Shown: piece after piece, positions 24,499 to 32,466 of the stretch | How positions within the stretch are numbered: the stretch's first letter is position 1 | Layout: every line of letters begins with the position of its first letter | From: Candidatus Dojkabacteria bacterium | GTDB lineage: Bacteria > Patescibacteriota > Dojkabacteria > GCA-002793355 | Assembly: GCA_015485585.1 (NCBI GenBank) | Contig: WFTI01000032.1 | Coordinates: forward strand, 1 to 46,744 | Length of the DNA: 46,744 bases | Direction of reading: 5' to 3' | Program-made: the position numbers and the translations under genes | The notes under the pieces: model-generated | What the model saw: the letters and a program-made list of their open reading frames with translations, nothing else | What the model was told of the DNA's origin: nothing | The model's database searches: none

Positions 24499-25059
24499 AT
24501 GAGTAATAAAGAGTACAAAAACTTAAAAACCAGATTCGAAGAAGAGGTTGTGCCAGCCTTTTTAGAGAAGTTTAAAGTAAAAAACCGATTAGCAGTTCCC
24601 GTACCAGTTAAGGTTGTACTTAACATAGGTGTTGGAGCCGAAAGTAAAGATCAGGGAGCCCTAGAAAAGATTCAGAAGGCTCTAACATTAATAGCAGGCC
24701 AGAAAGCAGTATTTACCCGTGCTAAGAAAAGTGAGGCGGGTTTTAATATCCGTAAAGGAGATATCATAGGTATACGGGTTACTTTGCGGCGTCAACGCAT
24801 GTGGGATTTCCTTGATAAACTAATCAATATTGTCCTTCCGCGTGTAAAAGATTTTAAAGGACTTGACCCTACTAAGTTTGATAGGGCTGGTAATTATACC
24901 TTCGGTCTGGTAGAATACTTAGTATTTCCGGAGGTAAATCCGGTTGAGATCGATAAGGTAAAAGGGATAAGCATAGTAATAAACTTTAAAAACTCAGATC
25001 CTGAGAAGTCGCGGTTTATAATGGAAAAGATGGGCTTTGTGTTTAAATCTGAAAAATAA
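24499..25059 (+). CDS. rplE: 50S ribosomal protein L5
   Basis: Sequence similarity and position. Confidence 0.95.
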   Translation: MSNKEYKNLKTRFEEEVVPAFLEKFKVKNRLAVPVPVKVVLNIGVGAESKDQGALEKIQKALTLIAGQKAVFTRAKKSEAGFNIRKGDIIGIRVTLRRQRMWDFLDKLINIVLPRVKDFKGLDPTKFDRAGNYTFGLVEYLVFPEVNPVEIDKVKGISIVINFKNSDPEKSRFIMEKMGFVFKSEK

Positions 25060-25064
25060 AGAGT

Positions 25065-25271
25065 ATGAGCAAAAAACTTAAACTTGAGCAACACAGAAGA
25101 CTAGTAGAGCTTATTAAAAAAGGCAAAAAACATAAGACGAAATATTATAACCAATGTGGGCGTTGTGGTAGACGTCGAGGGTACTTTAGATATTTTGGAC
25201 TTTGCCGTATATGTTTAAGAGAGCTTGCTCATAAGGGTGAGCTTCCTGGAGTAATAAAATCAAGTTGGTAA
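25065..25271 (+). CDS. rpsN: 30S ribosomal protein S14, zinc-binding type Z
   Basis: 68 aa, [20 protein letters not shown]. Confidence 0.95.
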   Translation: MSKKLKLEQHRRLVELIKKGKKHKTKYYNQCGRCGRRRGYFRYFGLCRICLRELAHKGELPGVIKSSW

Positions 25272-25275
25272 AGAG

Positions 25276-25674
25276 ATGGTAACGAATTATCCTATAGCTG
25301 ATGCCTTAATCCGAATAAAAAACGCTCAGGCGGTCTTCAAAAAAAGTGTTAGGGTGCCTAACACCAAGCTTGTAAAAGCTGTATTGCAGGTTCTTAAGGA
25401 TAAAAAATGGATTCGAGATTATAAGGAGGTAAATCAAGGGAAAGAAATAAGAGTAAGATTAAGGTATAAAGAAGGTCCTTATCCCATACCATATATTCAG
25501 AATGTAAAGTTCTTTTCCAAGCCTGGTAGAAGATGGTATGTAAAAGCAAAAGACCTCACCCCTGTTCGTAGTGGATATGGTATTCAGATTATCTCAACCA
25601 ATAGGGGCGTAATGTCAACTGATGAAGCTAAAAAGAAGAATCTAGGTGGTGAGCTTATATGTGAGATATGGTAA
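25276..25674 (+). CDS. rpsH: 30S ribosomal protein S8
   Basis: DALIRIKNA..., GGELICEIW end. Confidence 0.95.
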   Translation: MVTNYPIADALIRIKNAQAVFKKSVRVPNTKLVKAVLQVLKDKKWIRDYKEVNQGKEIRVRLRYKEGPYPIPYIQNVKFFSKPGRRWYVKAKDLTPVRSGYGIQIISTNRGVMSTDEAKKKNLGGELICEIW

Positions 25675-26231
25675 AGATGTCAAAGATCGGTAAGCTTCCA
25701 ATACCAATACCTGAAGGGGTAAATGTGACCATAAGCGAGTCAAAGATCGTTGTAAATGGTCCAAATGGGACTTTAGAGCTTGATATTCCTAGAGGAATAA
25801 AGGTCACAATTGAGGAAACCGAAGAAGGAAAGAAGGTAATAAAAGTTTCACGAGAGAGTGATAAGAAACAGTTTAAGATGCTTCACGGAACCATTAGGGC
25901 TCTTATTAATAACATGGTAATAGGAGTTACCCAAGGTTTTACAAAAGAGTTAGAACTTCATGGCGTAGGTTATAAGGTTGAGCTTGAAGGTAATAAACTC
26001 AAGTTGCATCTTGGGTTAAATCATCCTATCTATGTTACAATTCCCGAAGATTTAAGAGTTGAGGTGCCTTCTTCAACCGAGATCAAGATATGGGGAATTG
26101 ATAAACAGAAGGTAGGTAACTTCGCTGCATACATAAGGCATCTTAAGAAGCCTGATCCTTACAAAGGTAAGGGTATAAGGTATAAAGGAGAGCAGATTAA
26201 ATTAAAAGAGATTAAGACATTAGGAGCATAA
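25668..26231 (+). CDS. rplF: 50S ribosomal protein L6 (the ATG at 25677 is an equally plausible start)
   Basis: MSKIGKLPIPIPEGV... is a typical L6 N-terminus. Confidence 0.93.
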   Translation: MVKMSKIGKLPIPIPEGVNVTISESKIVVNGPNGTLELDIPRGIKVTIEETEEGKKVIKVSRESDKKQFKMLHGTIRALINNMVIGVTQGFTKELELHGVGYKVELEGNKLKLHLGLNHPIYVTIPEDLRVEVPSSTEIKIWGIDKQKVGNFAAYIRHLKKPDPYKGKGIRYKGEQIKLKEIKTLGA

Positions 26232-26233
26232 AT

Positions 26234-26590
26234 ATGGTAAAGATGGATCTAAAACGTAGAAGATTTAGGTTTCGATGGAAGATAAAGTATCTTACACAAC
26301 GACCTCGTTTGTCTGTCCATAAGAGTAATCGGTATATCTACGCCCAACTTATCAAGCAGTTTACAGGGGAAGTTTTAGCAAGTTATGATAGTAAACGGCT
26401 GGTTAAAGATCACCCTGAATATAAAAAAGAAAAAGGGGTAAAGAGAGCATACTATGTAGGGCTTTTTTTGGGTAAACAGATCTTAGAAAAGGGGATAAAA
26501 CAGATAGTATTTGATAGATCAGGATACAGATACCATGGGCAGGTAAAAGCCCTTGCTGAAGGCCTAAGGGAAGCAGGTTTAGATTTTTAA
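26234..26590 (+). CDS. rplR: 50S ribosomal protein L18 (alternative ATG at 26243)
   Basis: RLSVHKSNRYIYAQLI...FDRSGYRYHGQVKALAEGLREAGLDF. Confidence 0.95.
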   Translation: MVKMDLKRRRFRFRWKIKYLTQRPRLSVHKSNRYIYAQLIKQFTGEVLASYDSKRLVKDHPEYKKEKGVKRAYYVGLFLGKQILEKGIKQIVFDRSGYRYHGQVKALAEGLREAGLDF

Positions 26591-26615
26591 GATAAGCTAA
26601 AAGAGAGTTAGAGAG

Positions 26616-27092
26616 ATGAACCCAACAACACGATTAAAATCCGAGCTTATCTCATTAAAGCGCGTAGCGAAGGTAACAGCCGGAGGAAAGAGATTACGCT
26701 TTAGCGCAGTAGTCGTAGTCGGAGACGGAAAGGGAAAAGTAGGAATAGCTTTAGCCCATGGAAAAGAAGCGTCTGATGCTATTCGTAAAGCAACTGAAAA
26801 AGCTAAAAACCGTATGATAGAGATCCCCATAGATGAAAGATCATACACCGTACCGTTGCGGGTTGAAACTAAATACCGATCAGCTAAGGTGGTTTTAAAA
26901 CCAGCTCCTGTAGGAGTGGGAATAGTGGCGGGAGGTACAGTACGTAAAGTACTTACAGTTGCAGGATACAAGAATGTGGTTGCCAAACAACTTGGAGCCT
27001 CAAATGCTATTGCTAATGCCTATGCAACCCTGTATGCCCTATATAAAATGAAAGAGATAATGGGTGATGTTTCAACTCATAAAACTAGTTAA
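26616..27092 (+). CDS. rpsE: 30S ribosomal protein S5
   Basis: VAKVTAGGKRLRFSAVVVVGDGKGKVG. Confidence 0.95.
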   Translation: MNPTTRLKSELISLKRVAKVTAGGKRLRFSAVVVVGDGKGKVGIALAHGKEASDAIRKATEKAKNRMIEIPIDERSYTVPLRVETKYRSAKVVLKPAPVGVGIVAGGTVRKVLTVAGYKNVVAKQLGASNAIANAYATLYALYKMKEIMGDVSTHKTS

Positions 27093-27486
27093 ACGCACCA
27101 AACGGATAGGCCGAGGATACGGGAGTGGGAAAGGTGGCCACACCGTCGGTAAAGGACAAAAAGGTCAAAAATCACGCGGTAAAGGAAAACCTGGCATCTT
27201 GCATGAGGGTGGTAATGTTCCCTTACACCGCAAGATACCAGTTTTGCGAGGTTACAGAAACAAGCCTGTTACTGAATATACAGAGATAAAGATCGATGAT
27301 CTAGTGAAGAGGTTAAAAGAGCAGGGTGTTAAAAGCAAGGTTATTACTCCAAAACTCCTGCTAAAGCTTGGTTATAAGCCATCAAAAGATGGTTTTAAAA
27401 TAATTGGCAGACTTTCTAAAAAGATTAAATTGAAGTTTAGAAACATAAAGATTACCAAAGGAGTTAAAGAAAGCATTTCAGAATAG
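27064..27486 (+). CDS. rplO: 50S ribosomal protein L15 (overlaps rpsE by 29 nt; no rpmD between them)
   Basis: RIGRGYGSGKGGHTVGKGQKGQKSR. Confidence 0.9.
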   Translation: MMFQLIKLVKRTKRIGRGYGSGKGGHTVGKGQKGQKSRGKGKPGILHEGGNVPLHRKIPVLRGYRNKPVTEYTEIKIDDLVKRLKEQGVKSKVITPKLLLKLGYKPSKDGFKIIGRLSKKIKLKFRNIKITKGVKESISE

Positions 27487-27496
27487 AGCTTTACTG

Positions 27497-27502
27497 TATA
27501 AT
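27497..27502 (+). promoter_or_regulatory. -10 box TATAAT 8 nt before the ATG at 27510 (internal, leaderless candidate)
   Basis: ctgTATAATtgtgagtATG. Confidence 0.35.
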
Positions 27503-27509
27503 TGTGAGT

Positions 27510-28817
27510 ATGATAGAAAGGATTAGAAAGATTCTATCTCTTAAAACCGTACGAGAAAAGATATTTTTTACTGCTATTGTGCTTCTTTTTTTCCGTTTTA
27601 TCACCTCTTTTACAGTACCAGGAATTAATAAAGAGGTTTTGGTTTCGCTTTTCTCTTCAACCGAGCTTTTGCAGATAGTAAATCTCTTAAGTGGTGGTTT
27701 GTTTCTATCTCTAAGTGTTCTATCCCTTGGGCTTGGTCCTTATATTACGGCTTCTTATATCTTTCAGATTCTTGCGTTTGCTTTTTCTACCATTAAAGAG
27801 ATGTTTGAAGGAGGGCCAATAGAGAGAAAGCTTCTTACCCAATATATGAGGTGGGCTACGTTTCCAATCTCTGTGGTACAGGCAGTAGCCTTTTTAGTAG
27901 GTATTAACCAGATCACTCAAAGTTTAGGTTTGCCTCCGATTATCGAGATACAGAGTACACTCCAGATCGTGTCGATAGTTATGGTACTTACTTTTGGAGC
28001 ATATATTACAATGTGGCTAGGAGAGCTTATAACCCAATATGGGGTAGGTGGCGGTTCGTCTTTGATTATAGCTGTAGGAATTTTAGCTTCTTTCCCTTTC
28101 ACATTAGAAGGGGTATGGCAACTTCTGATACTTAATTGGCAGAAAGTTGCTTTAATACTTCTTTTGGTTGTTATTACTCTTGCTTCGATCGTAGTTACTT
28201 TAGCTGTCAGAAAGGTCGGGGTTGTATATGCAAGCAGGGTAAGGAGCACCGGTATGGCGGGAACCCCTACTGAAATATTTGTTCCTATTAACCCCGGTGG
28301 TGTGATGCCGGTTATCTTCGCTATTGCTTTAATTTCAGGGCTTGGTTTTTTGGCAAGGTTATTACTTGCTATTGCGCCTTCCTCAAGCATCTTTTATGGT
28401 GTAGGAGTAGTTCTTAATAACTATATGAACGATCTAACCCTTTCAGCGGTTCTTACATTTGTTCTTACTGTAGTTTTTGCGTATTTTTCTACCTTGTTGG
28501 TTTTTAATCCCAAGAATGTGGCCGAGAATTTACAGAAACAAGGGGCTTTTATTCCAGGAGTACGTCCAGGAAAAGAAACAGAAGCATATTTACGCACCCT
28601 AACTAAACGTGTAGTTTTTATAGGTGGTATGCTTTTGGCTTTAATTACTGTGATGCCAACTATTTTTAGATATCTTCTTGGAAACACCTTGATTCAGAAT
28701 GTTGGTTTAGGAGTAACAGGAACCGGAATCTTAATAGTAGTTTCAGTAGTAATCGATATCATTAGACAGCTTAGGTCGGTTGAGAGTACCATGATTAATA
28801 TTAGAAGATATTTCTAG
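27510..28817 (+). CDS. secY: Preprotein translocase subunit SecY (the ORF track starts 6 nt earlier at GTG 27504)
   Basis: 10-TM protein in the canonical position after rplO, with SecY-like motifs. Confidence 0.93.
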   Translation: MIERIRKILSLKTVREKIFFTAIVLLFFRFITSFTVPGINKEVLVSLFSSTELLQIVNLLSGGLFLSLSVLSLGLGPYITASYIFQILAFAFSTIKEMFEGGPIERKLLTQYMRWATFPISVVQAVAFLVGINQITQSLGLPPIIEIQSTLQIVSIVMVLTFGAYITMWLGELITQYGVGGGSSLIIAVGILASFPFTLEGVWQLLILNWQKVALILLLVVITLASIVVTLAVRKVGVVYASRVRSTGMAGTPTEIFVPINPGGVMPVIFAIALISGLGFLARLLLAIAPSSSIFYGVGVVLNNYMNDLTLSAVLTFVLTVVFAYFSTLLVFNPKNVAENLQKQGAFIPGVRPGKETEAYLRTLTKRVVFIGGMLLALITVMPTIFRYLLGNTLIQNVGLGVTGTGILIVVSVVIDIIRQLRSVESTMINIRRYF

Positions 28818-28823
28818 CTAGAA

Positions 28824-29489
28824 ATGCGGATTATCTTCTTGGTTGGACCGCCACTTGCAGGTAAAGATACTCAGGCTGGTTTATTAGCGAAACTATTTAA
28901 TACTCAGGCGATCTCAGCTGGGGAGATATTAAGACAAGCAGACGATGAAGAGGTTAAAAGGATCATGAAAGAAGGCAAGGTGGTGGGGGCAGAAGTCCTT
29001 AAAAGATATGTATTAGGCTGGATAAAGGATCATCTTAATATACTAAGAAAACATACCACACTCATCATAACCGGTATGCCAAGAGCAAAAGAAGACCTGG
29101 AGGTGCTTGATGAGATAGTTAAACTTTTTAAACCGTCTCACGTAGATATAGTAGTGCTTGATATCAGTTTAGACACAGCCAAGAAACGTTTGAAAGGAAG
29201 ATACATATGTCCTAAATGTGGTAGAGTTTATAACATTTATACGGCTCCTCCTAAAAATGATCTTCTATGTGATGATGATAAGACTCCTTTGGTAAGAAGA
29301 ATAGATGATGAAGAAGAAGGGATCGTAGAAAAACGGTTTAATCATTACATCACCGAGGAATTACCAGCGGTTCTTGAATTTGCCCGACCATTTCATCTTG
29401 TAAAAATAAACGGAGAAGGTTCAATTAACGAAGTTTTTAAACGTATCTGTAAGGCTCTTTTTCTAGAATGTGATAGAATTATTAGATAG
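28824..29489 (+). CDS. adk: Adenylate kinase, long-lid Zn type, divergent P-loop
   Basis: GPPLAGKDTQ, ISAGEILR, GRYICPKCGRVYN...CDDD lid, RRIDDEEE. It sits in the canonical position after secY. Confidence 0.8.
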   Translation: MRIIFLVGPPLAGKDTQAGLLAKLFNTQAISAGEILRQADDEEVKRIMKEGKVVGAEVLKRYVLGWIKDHLNILRKHTTLIITGMPRAKEDLEVLDEIVKLFKPSHVDIVVLDISLDTAKKRLKGRYICPKCGRVYNIYTAPPKNDLLCDDDKTPLVRRIDDEEEGIVEKRFNHYITEELPAVLEFARPFHLVKINGEGSINEVFKRICKALFLECDRIIR

Positions 29490-29492
29490 CGT

Positions 29493-29625
29493 CACGCTAG
29501 GGGTAGTGTGATAAGAAATGAAACTCTTTTAAGTATGAATATCTTCTTAGGTTTATATCTACAAAAACAAAACCTAAAGAACCAACATAGTTGAGTGTAT
29601 TTTTTTCTGGGCTACCCCTAGTGTG
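29493..29625. other. 133-nt structured intergenic element closed by a 14-bp helix (function and strand unknown)
   Basis: 29493-29506 pairs with 29612-29625 (13 Watson-Crick pairs plus 1 G-U). An internal hairpin spans 29544-29581. Confidence 0.5.
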
Positions 29626-29660
29626 TGCATTAATGTATAAGATAAAGTAAGGGATGTATT

Positions 29661-31094
29661 ATGATATGGGGAGTAATAACAACTGTAATAGTATTCTTGG
29701 CTATAGCAGCGGTAGTGTTGGCTGCTGTTATTAAAGGTAGATCTTCGCATAAGGAAGAGATCAAACAACTAGAAGATCTATACAAAAAACTAGCCCATGA
29801 TTACGAGACTCAGAAAGAAGAGATTAAACGGCAACGCAGGTTGCTTGAAGAAAAAGAGAAAACAATTAAGAGACTTGAGCAAGAATATCAAGAGAAGCTT
29901 AAGAAAATAGAGGAGCAACGAAAACAGCTAGAAGAACAGTTAGAGGAATTAACTGGAAAAGATAAAGAAGAACTGCTTCAACTCTTACAAAGTCAGGTTG
30001 ATGCTGAACTTGAAGAATATAAGGCGAAGAAAATAAATGAGATTAAGAAAGAGATAGAAGAAGAGAAAGAAAAATACGCGCGTCGTATATTGATCGAGGT
30101 CTTACAGAACGCTGATCCTGAGGTTATAGACGAGGTAACGGTTTCACGTGTTAAGTTGGCTGACCCTGAGATTAAAGGTAAGATAATCGGAAAAGAAGGA
30201 AGAAATATACGTGCCTTTGAACAAGAGACCGGAGTAGATCTAATCATTGACGAAGAAGACGATTACATTACCCTCTCTTCGTATGACCCTGTACGTCGTG
30301 AGATTGCAAAGCTTGCCCTACAGATGTTGATTAAAGATGGACGCATCCATCCTTCTTCTATTGAGCGTTATGTGAAGAAAGCTAAAAAAGATGTAACCCG
30401 TCAGCTTATCGAGTATGGTAAAGAGCTTGCTCAGAAGGCAGGACTTTACAGGGCTCCTCGTGATCTTCTTATTCTTCTTGGACGTATGAAGTTCAGACGT
30501 AGTAACGGCCAAAGCCTTTATAGACATACGGCTGAGGTGATTAAATTAGGTGAAGAGCTTGCCCGTATGTTGAAAGCTGACGTAAAATCTGTAAAATTGG
30601 GTGCTCTCTTGCATGATGTAGGAAAACTGCTTACAGCCAAGATTAGTAAACCCCACCACCATATTAGTGCCGATATTGCAAAACGGTACGGTTTTAATGA
30701 GAAGGTAATAAATATTATTGAGGCGCACCATGATGATATTCCTGCGCGTTATATTGAATGTGAGATTTTGAAGATCGCTGACAAGATATCTACCTTGAGA
30801 CCTGGAGCAAGAAAAGATACTATTGTTGAATATGTAGATCGTATAAAAGCGCTTGAAGAGAAAGCTTCAGAAGTGGCAGGAGACAGGGCAGAGGAGATCT
30901 TTGCTTTGAAAGCAGGACGTCAATTAAGGGTTATCGTAAAACCTCATAAGGTTAGTGATGAAGAGGCTACAATTTTAGCGTATGATATAGCCAAAGCAAT
31001 AGAAGAGTCAGGGGTCTTTCCTGGGGAGGTAGAGGTTGTAGTGATAAGAGAAGTACGATCGTATGCAAAAGCAGGAAAACCCGTACATTCATAG
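29661..31094 (+). CDS. rny: Ribonuclease Y
   Basis: N-terminal TM, long E/K coiled coil, KH motif GKIIGKEGRNIRAFE, HD domain LLHDVGK...EAHHDD. Confidence 0.9.
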   Translation: MIWGVITTVIVFLAIAAVVLAAVIKGRSSHKEEIKQLEDLYKKLAHDYETQKEEIKRQRRLLEEKEKTIKRLEQEYQEKLKKIEEQRKQLEEQLEELTGKDKEELLQLLQSQVDAELEEYKAKKINEIKKEIEEEKEKYARRILIEVLQNADPEVIDEVTVSRVKLADPEIKGKIIGKEGRNIRAFEQETGVDLIIDEEDDYITLSSYDPVRREIAKLALQMLIKDGRIHPSSIERYVKKAKKDVTRQLIEYGKELAQKAGLYRAPRDLLILLGRMKFRRSNGQSLYRHTAEVIKLGEELARMLKADVKSVKLGALLHDVGKLLTAKISKPHHHISADIAKRYGFNEKVINIIEAHHDDIPARYIECEILKIADKISTLRPGARKDTIVEYVDRIKALEEKASEVAGDRAEEIFALKAGRQLRVIVKPHKVSDEEATILAYDIAKAIEESGVFPGEVEVVVIREVRSYAKAGKPVHS

Positions 31095-31100
31095 GCCACA

Positions 31101-31109
31101 TGATATAAT
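31101..31109 (+). promoter_or_regulatory. Extended -10 box TGaTATAAT 9 nt before tRNA-Glu
   Basis: caTGaTATAATctgccata-GCCCCTG. Confidence 0.5.
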
Positions 31110-31117
31110 CTGCCATA

Positions 31118-31189
31118 GCCCCTGTCGTCTAACGGCTAGGACACCAGGTTCTCAACCTGGAGGCCCGGGTTCGATTCCCGGCAGGGGCG
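31118..31189 (+). tRNA. tRNA-Glu (anticodon CUC)
   Basis: GCCCCTG/CAGGGGC acceptor, anticodon loop TTCTCAA, T-loop TTCGATT. No encoded CCA. Confidence 0.93.
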
Positions 31190-31203
31190 TGATGTTTTTA
31201 CTA

Positions 31204-31209
31204 TAAAAT
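31204..31209 (+). promoter_or_regulatory. -10 box TAAAAT 8 nt before the ATG at 31217; leaderless candidate
   Basis: ctaTAAAATtcattatATG. Confidence 0.35.
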
Positions 31210-31216
31210 TCATTAT

Positions 31217-32035
31217 ATGCAGTTGTCTCCAGTACTTACAGATGAACAGGCTTTAATTAAAGCCTTCATAGAGAAGATCGACAAGAAGAAAAAATACGTA
31301 AAATACGATTTTCAAGAGTTAGGACTTATGATCGCCAGCCGACTAGGAGAGTGGTCTAAACGATCCTTTTACATAAAGCTTGCAAAAGAAGAAGATAAGA
31401 AGCTTTTAATGCAAGCCTATATGTATGCTGCTGATGCTCCTTTGAAAAAAAGACCAGCTCTTTTTTTGTGGCGCCTTGAAGATTTAAAACAAAAGACCTA
31501 TTACAGGGCCTTTACAGCGATATTTTTTCCCCCTGATAAAAATGAGGTAATCGACACCTTATATAAACAGGTGAAGAAAATAAAAGGAGTAAAACCAACA
31601 CACCCGCTTCATTATCATATCACCCTTACATTCTGGGATAGGTTGCCAGGAAAATATTACTCCTATGTGGTACGTATGGTTAAAAAATTACGTGAAAAGT
31701 ATGGCGATGGTGTAAAGATTAGCTTTTCAGAGCTAGAGTACATAAAAGATCGTTATATATGGCTTGCCGGAGCAGATGCACTAGCATACCGTATTTATCA
31801 TTCACAGAGAAAGCTGATTTCAAAGAAAGTAAAAGATACCCTTTTTAAGACTAAGAAGCAGAAACATTCCTTCTTTCCGCACGTTACTTTGGCGAGGATA
31901 AAAACTAAAAATGCTAACTTTTCTCCAGATGATTTTGTGTTAAAATTGCCCTTAACATTAGAGGGTGAGATACTGTTTGTAATTAGTAAGCTTACTCCAG
32001 AAGGATCAGTATATCGCCCTCATAAATGGTATTAG
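31217..32035 (+). CDS. 2H phosphoesterase (LigT/ThpR-like) with ~95-aa unknown N-terminal domain
   Basis: Two H-x-T-x motifs in typical context: HYHITLTF and FPHVTLAR. Confidence 0.6.
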   Translation: MQLSPVLTDEQALIKAFIEKIDKKKKYVKYDFQELGLMIASRLGEWSKRSFYIKLAKEEDKKLLMQAYMYAADAPLKKRPALFLWRLEDLKQKTYYRAFTAIFFPPDKNEVIDTLYKQVKKIKGVKPTHPLHYHITLTFWDRLPGKYYSYVVRMVKKLREKYGDGVKISFSELEYIKDRYIWLAGADALAYRIYHSQRKLISKKVKDTLFKTKKQKHSFFPHVTLARIKTKNANFSPDDFVLKLPLTLEGEILFVISKLTPEGSVYRPHKWY

Positions 32036-32048
32036 GTATCCGTATATA

Positions 32049-32057
32049 TGATATAAT
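32049..32057 (+). promoter_or_regulatory. Extended -10 box TGaTATAAT 12 nt before the infA ATG at 32069
   Basis: taTGaTATAATtgcctagcactATG. It overlaps the TTG at 32057 used by the ORF track. Confidence 0.45.
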
Positions 32058-32068
32058 TGCCTAGCACT

Positions 32069-32293
32069 ATGAAGATTCACCTTGAAGGCAAGGTTATTGA
32101 GATTAAACCTGATGGTACATACATTGTTGAGGTTGAGTATAAAGGGAAAAAGAAAAATATTCCTTGTACCTTGGGCGGGAAATTAAGGTATAATAAGATC
32201 ACAGTAATCGAAGGAGATAAAGTTCGCATAGAGCTAAATCCCCAACCGGGGGTAAAAGCGATAATAGGTAAGATCGTATATAGGTTGAGATGA
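32069..32293 (+). CDS. infA: Translation initiation factor IF-1
   Basis: S1-like fold sequence ([17 protein letters not shown]...[20 protein letters not shown]...GKIVYRLR). The ORF track starts at TTG 32057. Confidence 0.9.
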   Translation: MKIHLEGKVIEIKPDGTYIVEVEYKGKKKNIPCTLGGKLRYNKITVIEGDKVRIELNPQPGVKAIIGKIVYRLR

Positions 32294-32448
32294 AAGTAAA
32301 AGCTTCAGTAAAACCTCGCTGTCCTCATTGTTATATTGTTGTTCGTACAATCAAGGGTTCACAAAAAGGCCGCAAAAAGAAGGCACGTAAACGCGTAGTT
32401 TATGTATATTGTAAGGCCAACCCACGACATAAACAAAGACAGGGTTAA
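32290..32448 (+). CDS. rpmJ: 50S ribosomal protein L36 with ~14-aa basic insertion (52 aa; below the ORF-track cutoff)
   Basis: My own translation is [52 protein letters not shown]. The ATG overlaps the infA TGA (ATGA). Confidence 0.9.
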   Translation: MKVKASVKPRCPHCYIVVRTIKGSQKGRKKKARKRVVYVYCKANPRHKQRQG

Positions 32449-32453
32449 TATTG

Positions 32454-32459
32454 TATAAT
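32454..32459 (+). promoter_or_regulatory. -10 box TATAAT 8 nt before the rpsM ATG; leaderless candidate
   Basis: ttgTATAATacttagcATG. The 16-mer is nearly identical to the one before rpsU. Confidence 0.45.
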
Positions 32460-32466
32460 ACTTAGC

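Noticed and set aside
29574-29768. 64-aa minus-strand ORF in the adk-rny spacer
   Set aside because: It overlaps the rny start and the structured element. It has odd Tyr/Ser/His-rich composition and no promoter-like box.
32291-32293. Possibility of UGA recoding (code 25/4), as in some candidate phyla
   Set aside because: TGA ends conserved genes at the expected length. Examples are infA at 32291-32293, which overlaps the rpmJ ATG, and the large ORF at 3091-3093. Standard code 11 fits every conserved gene.
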